From the NCBI RefSeq assembly GCF_964188315.1, contig NC_135657.1:37262001-37326000 (forward strand): a stretch of 64,000 bases of DNA, given 5' to 3'. The translations under genes and the position numbers were made by a program. Of the stretch, positions 1 through 13,834 are shown piece by piece; within the stretch, counting starts at the first letter, position 1; every line of letters starts with the position of its first letter. Origin of the DNA: Podarcis muralis (taxonomy: Eukaryota). Under the pieces are notes generated by a model. The model was not told the DNA's origin. It worked only from the letters and a program-made list of their open reading frames with translations, and did not search any database.

Positions 1-229
1 GCATTCCAGAGTTCTGTAAACTTTGCTGAGTGAAGGCTTGATTGGTGCCTGTACGCAAGAGGCTCTTGCTTTTATACACACTGGAGATTGTTTCAACAAA
101 CTTGAGCAAATAAATGAAGCACCGGAGTGAGGAGAATCTGATTTCATGCACACACACTAAGAAACAGACACCCACACATAAACTCCAAGGGGGATGCCAA
201 CTATGTGCTTTAGATTGCCTATTTTAAAA

Positions 230-231
<2 letters not shown>

Positions 232-275
<44 letters not shown>
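232..275. repeat. (GA)22 microsatellite, start of ZFAND3 intron 2
   Basis: Uninterrupted GA run 232-275. Confidence 0.97.
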
Positions 276-278
<3 letters not shown>

Positions 279-306
279 CAAAACCAAACCTTTACATTCC
301 ACTTAC

Positions 307-347
307 CAGCAAAGCATTTGGAACAGAGATTCATAGTCTTGCTGGAC
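307..347 (-). CDS. ZFAND3: ZFAND3 coding exon 2 (41 nt; (G)SSKTMNLCSKCFA)
   Basis: Reverse complement GTCCAGCAAGACTATGAATCTCTGTTCCAAATGCTTTGCTG. Acceptor ...ctcttactccAG with a pyrimidine tract at 348-375; donor GTAAGT at 306-301. In phase with exon 1, giving CPCGFWGSSKTMNLCSKCFA as in vertebrate ZFAND3. Confidence 0.97.
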
Positions 348-1124
348 CTGGAGTAAGAGGGGAAAAAGGAGAGCTTAATATTTCTGTTGGTAGTTAGTAC
401 CGGTTTATTTTATTTAGGGGGGAGAGAGACAGACTAGAACAAGAATAAAAGTAAACAACTGCTGAAGTAAATAGTTGTGCTCTGTTGGAGAAAAATAAAA
501 GTAGCCAAATCGTCTTCATAAATACACTTTTCAGCGACACATGACAGAAAGACTAATTATTTCACTTGAATGTTACAACTCTCCACAGATGTGATGTATC
601 ACTACCTAGCACCACAACAAGCAACACAACATTAGTATCTATAGTTCAAATCCATTTGTATCTGAAAGGCGGAAGTGGGGAAATGTTATAGTTCAGAAGA
701 GAACAGTTCAATTACACTAATCCCCTACCAAAACCCAATAAGGAATAGATATACTCTCCAAGTAAACATATACTACTTAGTCTCAACGCTACTGGAGGAG
801 CCTCTCTCTCTGAAACAGACCAATGTTGTCTTCTAATTCAGAGCTTCCATTTTAACCGCTACAGTAAATATCTCCATGACTTTCTTCTGTAACATTTCTT
901 TTAAAATGAAACTCATCTCTCACCCTTACAACCAAAGATAATTTAAGATTGAAAATGTAGATGGACTTCTGAAATCTCATCAGGCAGCACAAGGGCTGTT
1001 ACTGGGCAAGAAGTACTTCTACTGGGTAAGAAGGCTTTGGTAACAACCTTGTATTCTTCCCATCACTTTCCTAGTAGGAACTGTGGAGCAGATCCAGACA
1101 AATTACCAAATATTCAACATACTA

Positions 1125-2115
1125 AACAACAGATTACCAAACACTTTAAAAGGAGAGATATTGGAGTCATGGGAGACTTCAACTGCCCCATCTTTTGGAA
1201 CTCAAACTCTGCCAAGAATGTAAGGTCCAACAAATTCCTCCCTTGCCTCACTGATAATTTCATTTCCCAGAAGAAGGAAGAAGCAACAAAGGAGCCATAT
1301 ATCTTGCACTTGGCCTTTACCAACAGAGAAGATCTAATTGATGAAGTGATCATATCCTCTTGGGTTTTGTGATGCAGAGGCAAGGGAAAGCGAAGTGTAG
1401 TCACACATGCAGTCTGGACTTTTAAGAAGACCAGTTTCAAAAAGCTTAAGGAACTACTGGGTGAACTCCTATGGTCAGAAATACTCAAAGCTAAGGGAAT
1501 CCAAAAATGGATGGAAGTTTCTTAAAGGTGAAATACTGAAGGCACAAATGCATACAATTCCAACAAGAAAGAAAAGTGGGAGGCATCACCCAAAAGGAAA
1601 GCAGTGCTGAACTTGGTGAGAACAGAATAAACAATGCAATAAGGGAACTGCAGTGCAAGATAGGAAAAGAGGTGGTGAGGGAAGACCTAGCTACTTTAAA
1701 TGAATGTAAACAACCTGATGCACTTAATGAGCTGCTCCCAATGATACTAAAGGAGCTTGAGGATTTAATCTCAGAGCCTCTGTCTATAATCTTTGAGAAT
1801 TAATGGAGAATAGGTGATGTCCCTGCAGCCTGGAGGCGGGGAAATGTTGTCCCCACCTTCAAAAAGAGTGTGTGTGGAGAAGACACGGGTAACTAAGACT
1901 GGTGAGCTTGACAACGATACCAGAAAAAGTCCTAGAACAAATAATTAAACAGTCCATCTGTGAGCACTTAGCAAAGGATGCTGTGATTACTAAGACCCAG
2001 CATGGGTTTTTCAAAAATAAGTCATGCCAAACAAATCTAATTTCTTCTTTTTTTATGGAGTTACAAGTTTGATGGATCAGGGGAATGCTGTGGACATAGC
2101 GTATCTTGATTCCAT
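1125..2115 (+). mobile_element. Decayed CR1 LINE ORF2 fragment (endonuclease end to RT start, internally deleted)
   Basis: Translations VMGDFNCP..W, LAFTNREDLIDEV, MILKELEDLISEPLSIIFEN*WRIGDVPAAWRRGNVVPTFKK and TQHGFFKNKSCQTNLISFF match CR1 ORF2 motifs; stops and frameshifts present. Confidence 0.9.
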
Positions 2116-4330
2116 TAAGGCTGGTAAAATGTAGGTTGAACAAGGTAACCGTAGCAGATTACCTCAGAGAACTGGGCCAATGGAAGTTTCCAACTCCTAC
2201 ACCACCCTACTTCTCAATCAAACACTTTGCCTGCTGCTGTGTGCAGGAAACCCAGTGATACTATTTACCTACCACAGCACAAAGTGAAACAAAGGAGCAT
2301 TAAACATAACATTTCTAAGTGCCATAAGGAACACACACGCCTCAGTTTGAATATTAAAATCAAGCATAGACCTTCAAAGTTTCTATGTGCTTATTCCACT
2401 CAAGCAGTACAAACACTCTGTGCCAACAACTTGCACAGATTATCTACCTTGAGGAAAAATCACAAAAATTAAACCAGCAGGCTAAGTCAACACCTGCATT
2501 GTTAGTATGCTGCACTTTTGTGCCATTTGCTTGGAAGTTAGATTGTTTGAAGTAATTCAGTAAGCTGCAGCTTCCCCGAGAAGCCATTAAATCTCAGGAC
2601 CAGCTAAAAAAGGAAGATGCAGAGTTTAAATGGTTCAGACAGAGATATTTTCAACTTTGTTTGAGCATTAAGAAGGTAGGCTAGTTTCAATTTGAAGTCT
2701 CCATAGAATTTTTTCAAATATTCATATTCTGGTACCAAAATTGCAAGACAGACATTGTGTATGTGTTTAATAACAGGGCTATCAATTCTTGAAAAAACAA
2801 CAGCTTTTGTGTCATCTTTTAAGGCAAAGAATAGTTTAAACGCTGTTGACTGAGTTTCAAAAGTCAATCATTATGTAAGTACAAGGAAACAAACAGTAAG
2901 GAAACAAATAAGACACCATGAAGCAAAAGAATAGGTTAATTTTCAAGTCACAGAGAAAAAGGGTAGGGTAATGGACTCCAGTTCCAGAAATATTTGCACA
3001 CTAATGGCTTTATGTAAAGTGATGTACAAGTATATCAAGAATAGGTACACTACATTTTTGTTGAAGGTAACCTACAATATTCATACCAGAGCTCAGTGAC
3101 ATTTTCATGATGGAAAATAGTATTTATACATTGCTTGCCTTTCGCTGGACCTATCAACTGGAGACAATTGCTATTTTTTGAAGTGTGCTTTAGCGCCACC
3201 ATACTGCTAGCAATCTCTAGTACTCTACAATATCTCAGCCATTATCATAACTCTCAGCTGAACATAAATTGTTTGCTGTTTACCTTCTTACATCTAAAAA
3301 TAATCCTAGTTCTCAAAGCAGCAGACGATATGATAAACCTAGACTGCACTATCTGAATTTCAGGTATGGACTCCTTATTTGGAGACTTTGGGGTTTGTTT
3401 GTTTTTCAAAAAATGTGTTTTCTTGATTTTCAAAGCTTACAGAAGCTGTTATAATAAAAAGAACAAGAATAAAATACTAAAGAGGTAACCAAATTAAGAA
3501 AACGATTTTACTCTGTCTTATTTGTATTATTATTTTACAATATTTTATAATATTTATATTATAAAATTATTTATATTATACACAGCTATAATATCTACAG
3601 TCTATAATATTCAGATAAATAACTATTAATTGTTCCCTCCATACAATAACATCCTACATGTTACAAAAGGTGTCAGAGAGGATAGTTCTAAGCCTTTGTC
3701 TAGACATATAGAGCAGGATTCTCCTAATGAACTCCATCAGTTGAAGCTCTACACAAGGGTTTCTGCTTTTACAAGGGGCTTCTCCACTCCCCCTGTGCAC
3801 CCCCTGAAATAAGCTCAGGAGGGGGGGGGGTCAGGAGAAACCCAGAATAACACATGGAGAAGGAAGGTGGGATCGTTCCATCTGGCAAGCTGATATGCTG
3901 CACAGATGGAACATTTGTTAACAGCTTGGTGTTGAATTCCTCCCTCAGTCTCCAAGTCCAGACACAGATTTGCCCATTCATCAGCAACCTAACAACTAGG
4001 CCTCAGAAAAAAATAGTTACTGAAGCATTTGTACTTCTAAAGCCTTGCATTTATGTAGTAGTATTAAATCTTTTTATGAAATGCTTTCATGAACCAGGAA
4101 CTTTTAATGGCATTCCAATTGCTTGTGCTCCCTTCCTATCAAAGAAATGATGATACTAAATGGCATAATTTTCTGCATTATATATCAACAGAGGTTTTTT
4201 TGCACAGTAGCCTGATTCACACATCATGCTAAAGCAAACCATAGCTTAGTGAGAACATGCAAGCTGTTGGACAGGAGGATGCAACCAATTTGTTCCTCTT
4301 TTCTGCTGAGCTAAGCCATGATCTGACTTG

Positions 4331-4833
4331 TTTAGCCTGGAAAACAGGAGAGAGAGGAGATATGATAAAGGTAAAGGTCTCCTGACAGTTAAGTCCAGTC
4401 ACAGACAACTCTGGGGTTGTGGCGCTCATCTTGCTTTACAGGCCGAGGGAGCCGGCGTTTGTCCGCAGACAGTTTTTCTGGGTCATGTGGCCAGCACGAC
4501 TAAGCCGTTTCTGGCACAACGGAACACCGAACCAGAGCACCACACGGAAATGCTGTTTACCTTCCCGCCGGAGTGGTACCTATTTATCTACTTGCACTTT
4601 TTAGCGTGCTTTTGAACTGCTAGGTTGGCAGGAGCTGGGACCGAGCAACGGGAACTCACCCCGTCACGGGGATTTGCACCTCTAACCTTCTGATTGGCAA
4701 GCCCAAGAGGCTCAGTGGTTTAGACCACAGCGCCACCCACATCCCATAGGAGATATGATAGCCATCTTCAAATACCTAAAGGCCTGTCACATGGAAAATG
4801 AAGCAAGCTTGTTTTCTCCTGCTATGATTCTAC
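4331..4833 (+). mobile_element. Short CR1 3' fragment interrupted by a Sauria SINE
   Basis: FSLEN.R..GDMIAIFKYLKACHMENEASLFSPA (CR1 ORF2 C-terminus) followed by ATGATTCTA tail; possible TSD GACTTG at 4325-4330 and 4834-4839. Confidence 0.72.
4368..4747 (-). mobile_element. Sauria SINE (tRNA head, Bov-B/RTE-type (ACCTTT)n tail)
   Basis: Minus strand starts GGGATGTGGGTGGCGCTGTGG and ends ACCTTTACCTTT; 13-bp TSD AGGAGATATGATA at 4355-4367 and 4748-4760. Confidence 0.92.
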
Positions 4834-5484
4834 GACTTGCTGTGACATCCAGGTTCAGGATTCTGGTTTAGCTCTCTCCAGACTAACCACGAACTGTAAC
4901 CAAAGTTTGTCCTAGGGTTACAACTTGCAGTTTGTCTGGCAGAACTAAGCTTAGCTGAGTGCAGCACAACAACAAAACAAGTGAAAAGGAGTAAAGCAGC
5001 TGCGATCATGTCTTCCAAGAGCCAATAAGCTCACATTTTTGTGCTAATTCATGGTTTGGCTTAGCAAACCAGATCACTGGAATATGTACCTTATTACTGT
5101 ATACTGTAGTTCCCACATGCTACCAAGTCCAGGTCCAGCAAAAGCTAACCACTACCAAGTACCACTGATACCAAGGGAAGAAATTATTCACCATGAAGCT
5201 TAGCTGGTGCCTTCCACAATTTCCAGAGGAGCACCCATGTTAGCCTGTGGCAGCAAAAATATAGTCTCTAAACGTATTACAAGAGTCCAATAACTTTATT
5301 ATCGTGCAAGCTTTTGTGGACTTAAAATTAACACTTTTGTGATAATAATGAATTGTTTTGTATACATAAGACTTAACCCAACCAACATGGAATTTATTGC
5401 ATTTCCTTTCAATTTGGCTATTGTGTAGATGTACCTGCCAACCCATGGATAATATTCCGTGCACCTGGTAAAGTGAACACTAGT

Positions 5485-5580
5485 CCACAAAACCTTATTG
5501 CTATAAAGAAGGTATTTTATCTCTGAGGTGCAACAGGACTCCTTGCTGTTTTAGTTTCTGTGGGTTTATGGCCACTATGT
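5485..5580 (+). mobile_element. Degraded Penelope-like terminal repeat fragment
   Basis: tctctgaggtgcaacaggactccttgctgtttt resembles the recalled reptile Penelope terminal motif tctttaaggtgccacaggactcct. Confidence 0.4.
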
Positions 5581-8500
5581 GCAACTTTTCTATCAGAGGG
5601 TTGTGCTGACTAAGTCATGACGAAATATCCTTGTGAGGATATTCAAATTCTTCTCTCTGCAAGACATAAGCCCAGGGAAGGAACAAGATAGGCCATACCT
5701 TATTAATTTTTGAATGTTTAGGCAGGTGGGCTAGTACCATTTTTTTGTGGCTAGTAGCAAGCACAACTGCACTACAGAATGGAATGCTATTGCTAGTATT
5801 GCTTTCTGCATTTTTTAGAAGTCCAGCTGAAGGTTATGTAGAGGTCACTAATTTCTTCAAGAAATTAAAAAGACAGTTATTTTATGAAACAACAGTTTTC
5901 TTTTTCCTTTCTTTGGATGGTACAAATTACATATTTGTTTAGAAGTTACACAGATGCTGATAGTGGCAAGAACCTGTTCATATCATTACAATCCAATTTT
6001 ACATAACATTAGATTCTCTTATAATGGAAGCCTCAACTGAACTATGCAATGCCTTCCTCAATTTATAACAAGTAAAACAGAAAGGGATGCAGCTGCACAC
6101 CTACAAAAATGAAATTTTCAGATAAGGGAAGCATTTTCTTCAGCAACAGGGAGCGGCGCTGCTATTTTTACATGCATTAGAAAGCACATGGCATAAAATC
6201 CAGACACTCAGCTTTCATCCTTGCAGCTGCAGTACATAAAACATGAAGACAGCACCTTAACATCTTCCATGTTTAGGGGATTTAGAATCTGTATGTGCAT
6301 GGCAACTTGCCCCTTTCTCATAGTTCCAGACCACGCTTCCACATTCATATCTCTTCTCTGACCTATTATTTATCTACCACTATCCCCACACAACAAACTT
6401 CCACATATGAGAATATTGGAATACATTTCCGAAGAAAATCCAAAAATTGACTATTTAATAAATACTGCAAAATAATTTTACTCTAGTAAATCTACAGAAA
6501 TTTTGTTAAGTATTTAACATTAGAATACTATTTTATGATCATTTCAGCTATCAAAGTACAATATAAAATATTAAGTATCTTGAACTTTACTTAAGCCTGA
6601 GCTCCTAATCTGGCACTCATGGGCACCACAACATCCTCAGACATACTCTTTAGAGCCTGCCCGGCTTATTTTTAACTGAGGCTGAGGGTCTTTTTGGCTT
6701 TGGGGTGTTATTGAAGGAGAGTGTTACTTGCTTTTTTGTCAGTTTTAGGGTGTGTGTGCATGTTTTGGCCACTGGCAGGAGGTGTTCTGAGCACTGACAG
6801 TTTCTTCTCCAATATGGGCATTTACTGTGCTCACAACAATTCCAAGATTTCTAGATGTTCCCCCAGGTCTAAAGAGGCTGGGAAACTCCGACTGAAGTTA
6901 TTCCACATGTGGAATTGGTGAGATATGATTTTAAAAACTATTTAAGGAACTTAAGGACAGAAACTTTGTGAATGAGGCATGCCGTCATCTACCTTTCTCT
7001 TGCTACTAACAGCCATTTACTCTTCCAAAGACTAAAATTTGTTCATTGTAATATCTCATTCTTCAATCTGACAGCTCCCAGGGCAGCATTATTTTCCCTT
7101 ATTAGTGAAGGCACACTAAAGGGCAACCCCAAACACATCTTGGCTCCTGCTAAAGCAAGCACTGTGCTAATCTCTGTATTCTACGGCGGGCAAAGTATAA
7201 TATTTGGGATATCTCTCACAAAAGAGGTGTTCCAAGCCCCCTTTGAAAAGGCTGTTAAAAATTGTAGAAGCAGCCTTCAACAAAGGAAACAGTGGCCTGG
7301 TCAGAGGTATATGATCTAGGCTTAATAAATGAAGACACACACACAAGCCTTGTGCCTGAACTTCTGTTGTTAACATCATTCTGTGGCCTTTCTTCCTTCT
7401 CCGTCTGCAACAATCGAAAATCTCCTGGTTAATTAACCACGGCTTCCTGCTATGTCTAAACCTGGAAACTACAGTTACCAAACTGCAACAAACCAGCATC
7501 TTAAAATCAACTTCGAACTACTGTCAAATTACAAAGCTGAAAAGGTATAAAACCAACCAGGGCAGGATCTGTTTTTGTACTAATTCAGAAGTACTATGGC
7601 AAAAAATTAAGATTCAACAAGAGGAGAGAACTTTAAAAAGCGATACAGAACTCCCTGCTAATACATAAACACTTTATAATAATGCCAAGGGCAGCATATC
7701 TTCTATGTCACTATCTTCAAATGATTTCCAATTCAGAGAGGCTCCCAGGATGCAAGGATAAGCAGTACAAAAAAGTTGTCTAATCTACGAGTGAAAGTGA
7801 CAATGACAAAACTAAGTATTCATTTTCTGGCCTTTATGGGCATGTTCAGTTCATAGCATTTGCAGGCATGTCCTTGAAAGGGACAAACCCTGTGCAATCT
7901 GTTATGAAGCAGAGTAGTCAAGTTTTTATACTAAGTGATTAATGAGCTGACAAGCAGAGTTAACACAACTGTACTAACTGTTAAGATTAAAACAATTATA
8001 CAACTGGTGTGTGATGAAGAACATAAGGCCCTTCATGCAGCAACAGGCACAGGGAGAAGAGAACCATAAACATACATTTAAGAGTGACTCCAAAGAGGCA
8101 AGCTGAGGAATTGCTCTGCTTAGGAAAGTAATGCCTATGAAAACATTGGTAAAGTGAAAAACCAACTATAGACATGATACAGTAGTTCCAAAGAGAAGCT
8201 GAAAGGTTAGGGAGCGTAAAAGCACGAGTATCATTCACTTCCAGCTTTTGTTCTGCTGGAAGCAATATTTTCCAAGTATTAGCTTTAAAAGAAAAAAGGA
8301 ATAATGGTGTCTATAATGAGCTATCCAAGCAACTATTGATTTGCTTAGATTAAAAAGTTTATCAGTGCAGAGCTGAAGCTGATGGAACCAACAGCTGATC
8401 GGCGGCAAAAACTACCATGGCAACACTGGGAACTGATCTGAATATATTCTCCTCCCCATTTACCAAAATTATCTGGGAAGACATCTGCTCTGTGCCTCCT

Positions 8501-11184
8501 CCTCCAGAACTGGTGGTTCTTCGGGGCAGGGTCTTTTTTCTTTTACAGTAGCAACACAATTGCAGGACCTGTGTTTCATCTAAGGGTGGGAAAACTGCAG
8601 TCTAACAGTGTTTATAATGCTAAACAAAACTTGTGTCTTAATCACTCACTCACACACACACACAAAATTATTAAGCATGCTGATGTGAAAGTCAAAAATC
8701 CAAAAGTTTGTGATAAGCATGCAGCATCAAAGTTCACATTAATAATAACTGAAGCCAAGTTTAAAATTTCATGTGGCTTTTTAAAAAATAAATGTTTTTT
8801 TAAATTATAAATACTTTGATTCATTCTTATTGTCAAGCCCAACATATTATTTATAATTAAAGATCATGTTTCAATCCTTTTGAAAATTAAAATCAAAATA
8901 AAACAATTATGGGAGCCAGGTTTGAAGGGGGTCTGTGGGGTTTTTATATTCACTTAAAAGGGGTGTGAGTTTAAAAGGCTGAGAAACCCTGCTTTACATG
9001 TTTGCTCTACATGTGGATGGCATGTGAGAAAGAAACTATTTTGGTTTAATTATTATATTCAAAGCTTTAATTGGAAACTCTTGCTTGTAATCCTTGTAAA
9101 TACTGTAAGACACAACAACTGAATAGCACGTGCTTCCTTTGCGTGGCTTAAATTAAGAAAGAATAAAGCACTGAAACCAGCTAACACATTAATTTTAACA
9201 TGCCCAGAGAGCTATGCGTTAGATAGACTTTTGCAAAAGTATAAGCTGAAAAACACAGTGGATAGTATTCAACCAAATTTTAATCAGAACTGATCTACTA
9301 AAATAAATCTAACTTAGATTCGTGCTAATTAATTCCCCGAGTAAAACATGGCTGAATACCATCCACTGAATCACTACTTTAAAAGTTCCCAGTTTGACTG
9401 GTATTATCTATTCATTACTTTACTAATCTTATGAAATATTTTGTTTCGCCCCCCCCCCCAATGGAAAATCTTCAACCTCACCTCACTGCTGATAGTATGG
9501 TAAGCTAACTGGAATTGTGGTTAAATGCAAAACACATTATTGGTTTTGCTCTATAGCCTACAAGAATACCAAATGGCACTTAACCAAGTGAAAGGACACA
9601 CATCTAAAGGCAAGTTTCATTAGTAATTAGGAGTCTAACAAGACTATACAGGATATCCTTCAAGTGTATATGCAATAAGTAGGGCTTACTGAGACAGTTA
9701 TGTATGCTATAATCACAAATATGACCTCTCAACATGTCCACTATAAACTTCAAATTTCCAATGCTTTATAAGTTTGATGAATTATTTGCTTTGAAATACC
9801 ACAGTAGCAGAATTGTAGCCTGGACATGCTTTTCACCCAAGTCTTCCAAGTTTAGGATTAACAGGAAATTGGTCCAAACTTGAATAGACTTTCATCACTT
9901 CCTTGTCAATTTCCATTTATCCTGTCCACAAAGTGGCAAAACTTTGCTTTGTATACGAACGATAATTAGATCTTATTAGAACGATAATTAGATCTTATTA
10001 ATTAGTCCCTTCATCACATCTCATACTAATCATGCATGTATGCGATTCTACTTAACAGTCATTTAACCTTTCGGCTTACCTGATGGATTCAGAGTATTAA
10101 GCACCATCTTTTAAAGTGGTACAAACTAATTCTAGAGCACCAGTTTTTTTATATATAAATGCAAAGGATTGTCTTCAGATTTTTTTTGTAACTAAAAGGC
10201 ATCTCATGCAATGACTCCTTTGTCCTTATTGCACCCCCCCTCCCCAAACAACCTGAATGTCTGGAGACCTTCAGGTAAAGGGTGGGAACAGCCTACATAA
10301 GATATCCTAGTCTCACAAGCATCTGTGAGCTGCCCATTTTAAGCAATTCACCGCTTCTCAATGCAGCTTTCAATCCCACCTCAAAGCAGCAGAAAGAAAG
10401 GGAGCACAGTGGAAAGCCCTAACGTGTCTTTTGCTAGTCTGTAGATAAAACCCAAAACATTTCAAACTGGTTGCTTTAATTTATTCTTTGGTTTTATTTT
10501 TCCTTTTTATTGCTCGTTTATGACATACTTTGAGCACTTTTTCTTTAAATTACATTTCTTAGTAAAATAAAAACAGCAAACAGTCAACATTGAGAAAACA
10601 CTTGAAACCGTAAAATGTCAAGGCCCAACTAGTAATAGGAAGGCTGCTTGCTTGCACACTGCATTTATATTCTTGGGAAAGGGCACAAAAGCAATGGCAA
10701 GAAGTTCATGTAACAGATTTATAAGCATAATTTATAAATTGCTGCTACTTCTTTGCTAACATATGTGCCCCTGTAATTTAAGTAAAGAGGGTTAGGAAAC
10801 ACGGTAAATATATTCTTAATAGTTGAAGTATGCAGCAAGCCTTAATCCAGGAAAAAGTTTAGTTTATTAATTTGTAGGCACCAACTTTAGTCTGTTCAAT
10901 CTGTGAAGTTGTGAATTAAGAACAAGTTTGCTTCTTTTTTTGGAAGTTTGTTTGATTCTAGTTTATTGCTTTAAAAGGGAACAGAAATGCAAAATATTAA
11001 AAATGGTTTTTACTTCAAACAGCCAGCAACTCAGGATGAGTGGATAGGAAACTATCTTTGTTGAGGCTTTGATAATACACCATTTATTTACTCAGTTAAC
11101 CAGTCAAAAGGCATATGATAAATCAGTTTACAGCCAAGAAGTACCATTAAGAGTTCAAATAATGTATATATACTTCTGCTATTA

Positions 11185-11395
11185 CAGTGGTACCTCAGGT
11201 TACGAAATTAATTAGTTCTGGAGGTCCGTTCTTAACCCAAAACCGTTCTTAACCTGAGGCACACTTTCGCTAATGGGGCCTCCCGCTGCCGCGCAATTTC
11301 CGTTCTCATCCTGGGGCAAAGTTCTCAACCTGAGGTACTACTTCCGGGTTAGCGGAGTTTGTAACCCAAAGTGTTTGTAACCCGAGGTACCGCTG
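11185..11395 (+). mobile_element. Tc1/mariner-superfamily MITE, family A (orientation arbitrary)
   Basis: TIR CAGTGGTACCTC...GAGGTACCGCTG; TA TSD at 11183-84 and 11396-97; core shared with six other copies. Confidence 0.92.
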
Positions 11396-13834
11396 TATAT
11401 TAAAATGAACATCAATTTGTAAATTGGACTGCTTTCTTGGAACATCAATCAACTTAAACATCAAATTTCCAAGCCAAACAAAAAAGTTGTCTAAAAGTTA
11501 ATTGAAACAAAAACAATAATTGCTTGTGGCTGAACCCTTCTGCTCTGAACAGCAATTGCCTCTCTACAAAAGTAGTGAATATTGGCCTAACCCAATATCA
11601 CACTGTTGGGGAAGTCCCACCCCCAAAGTTCATGTTTTGTGTGTGAACAAGAGGAGTCTCTCTCTATGTATGAGGTCTCTAAAGCTAGCACTCAATGAAT
11701 ATATGCTGATGGCAGAGCTAGCAGTACACTCTCATTCCTTGTTCTATACATAAAGCATAATTGATCCTGGTTTGTAGGGAGTGCTTAAACAAGTGAGGGC
11801 TCCTTTTTCCCATTAAGAGTCACTGACTCACAGGGTGGGGAGGAGAACTGGGTGTTCATTCCCCCCCCCCCCCCATGCACATTTCTGAAAGTGCGGACTG
11901 ATATCCCATCACCTTCAAGACTTCAGAAACTGTATGATCTCCTAATCCAACGTATTGGCATTATTGCTTAAGTTTGCATAGTTTACAATGACACTTTCCG
12001 CATGCAATGGAAAGCCACCGTCTAAAGCAAACCATGGCTTACTGTGAACAAGCAGTTTACATTCTTTTAATCATACCAGCCCCTCTCCCCGCCAGTACTC
12101 CACCAGGAGGAAACAAAGGAGAGCACTGGATTAGCATGAATTGTTTTCCTCAAACAAGCCAGAATCAGAAAGCCAAGAACAACCCTTGTTTTCTTATTGT
12201 GGTTAACTGTAGTGAAACAAACCATAAGCATTGATTATCATGCGATACTAAGACAGTGCTCTGGTTATCTCCTGTATAGCACAGGGGGGAAAGGAATGGG
12301 TGCAATTGAGCTTGTTGCTTATTCATAGTAAGACATAGTTTCTTGTTTACCACTGTGTGAACCAGGCTAATATAGACCAGGAAGCATGCACCTATAGGTC
12401 TGTAGGGCAAACTCATGTGTAATCAAATGCACACAAAGTTATAATCTAATTGTTAATGAAATAAGTAAGCATACCAGCACCTATCTGTGGGATATTCATC
12501 ATCCTTAGAACAAAGATTTGTGGCAGAATTTCACAGATACAGTCAGCAGCAAGTTTCCATGTTAAAAAGTTAGAAAGTGCTGCTGTTATCACTAAACTGT
12601 TGCCAGCTGTTTGCGCAATCTGCCAATTCACACACATGGTATTTGCCTGGCCAAGCCACTCTGCTCACAAATAATTCACAGGTACAAATTGGCACTGCAT
12701 GATCTACAGAGGCATGTTCTAATCTATGCAGCAGAAATTAACTGATGTCTATTTATGCTTTAACGGGTTTTGCTATGTATGTGGTATACCACCATGATAT
12801 ATTTTTATGAAAGTGTGGATTATAAACACTTAAACAAACTACAGAGAAAATATCTGCTCTTTCAACCCACTTTGCTCAAGGAATCAGTTTCTGAAATTCT
12901 GAATACTGTACTGCTGTTGCAACCAGCTGAGGAAATAGCCTCTCAAAGTTTGAGTAGTAGTCTTTACTTGTGTGACTTTTAAAAATGAAATGATCCAACA
13001 AATAAACCTTTGAGCCTTCTGAATCCCTGGTTTTGGGGTGGGGGAACAATGCCTTTTCCATATATTTGGAGTGGAAAGGTACTACAAAATGTTCCCGGGG
13101 GGGGGGGGGTGTCATAATGCACATGCTTGTGGTACCACAAAGAGAAACCAAATTCAGACAGGTTGTGTGTATCAGAACAGAGTAAGAATAAATTCTCCAT
13201 TAAGAGAAAATATCAGAATGTTAAGATTCCAAGTGACAAATCAAAGGTAATGATTAGCTGCATAAGCCTAGTAAACAAGTCCATTCTGCTCTCCAACTAT
13301 TTACATTTAAGTAATTTATAAAGAAATAAACCTCTTGTAATGAGTTACCACTTGCTTTGCACAAGTGCACTCAACCTTCCAGTATAAATATTGCAGTAGT
13401 TTTAATTAAAGTTACATGATTTAAAAAGTTTTAAAAGCATCAGCTGGAAAAACGTGCACTTGTAAATACAATCATGTTTGGCCCAACCCTCATGAATGTG
13501 ATTGTGATTAGCCCTGAGGAACCCTATAATTTTTCAGTTTCTTTATTCTCATCTTCTATGCTAAGGGAAAAAATCTCAAGCTTCAGGTATGATCAAATTT
13601 TGGAGTTAAGTGAATCACTGTCAACTTTTCAGAATTTGGTCTTCTGCATTAAAGGGATGTGGGCAAAGCAGCAGAATTATCTTCTTCCCAGGAACTCTGT
13701 CCAGACATATTTTCAAAGAATATGAATGGTGTGTAATGTGCCCCACAAATGCTTCAACTTATGTCAGACAAAAAGGGATGTTTGATGTTTGGCTCACCCT
13801 TCTAATGGCTCACCTTTCTAACACTTTAAGACAA

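Larger units (their letters stand above)
4230..5075. repeat. Unclassified palindromic dispersed repeat (AAACCATGGCTTAG-type), interrupted by CR1 and SINE
   Basis: 4841-4945 aligns with the reverse complement of 26821-26930; internal imperfect palindrome centred on CCTAGG. Confidence 0.5.

Noticed and set aside
194-397. 67-aa ORF with an (RE)n run
   Set aside because: It is the translation of the (GA)22 microsatellite on the antisense strand of ZFAND3 exon 2.
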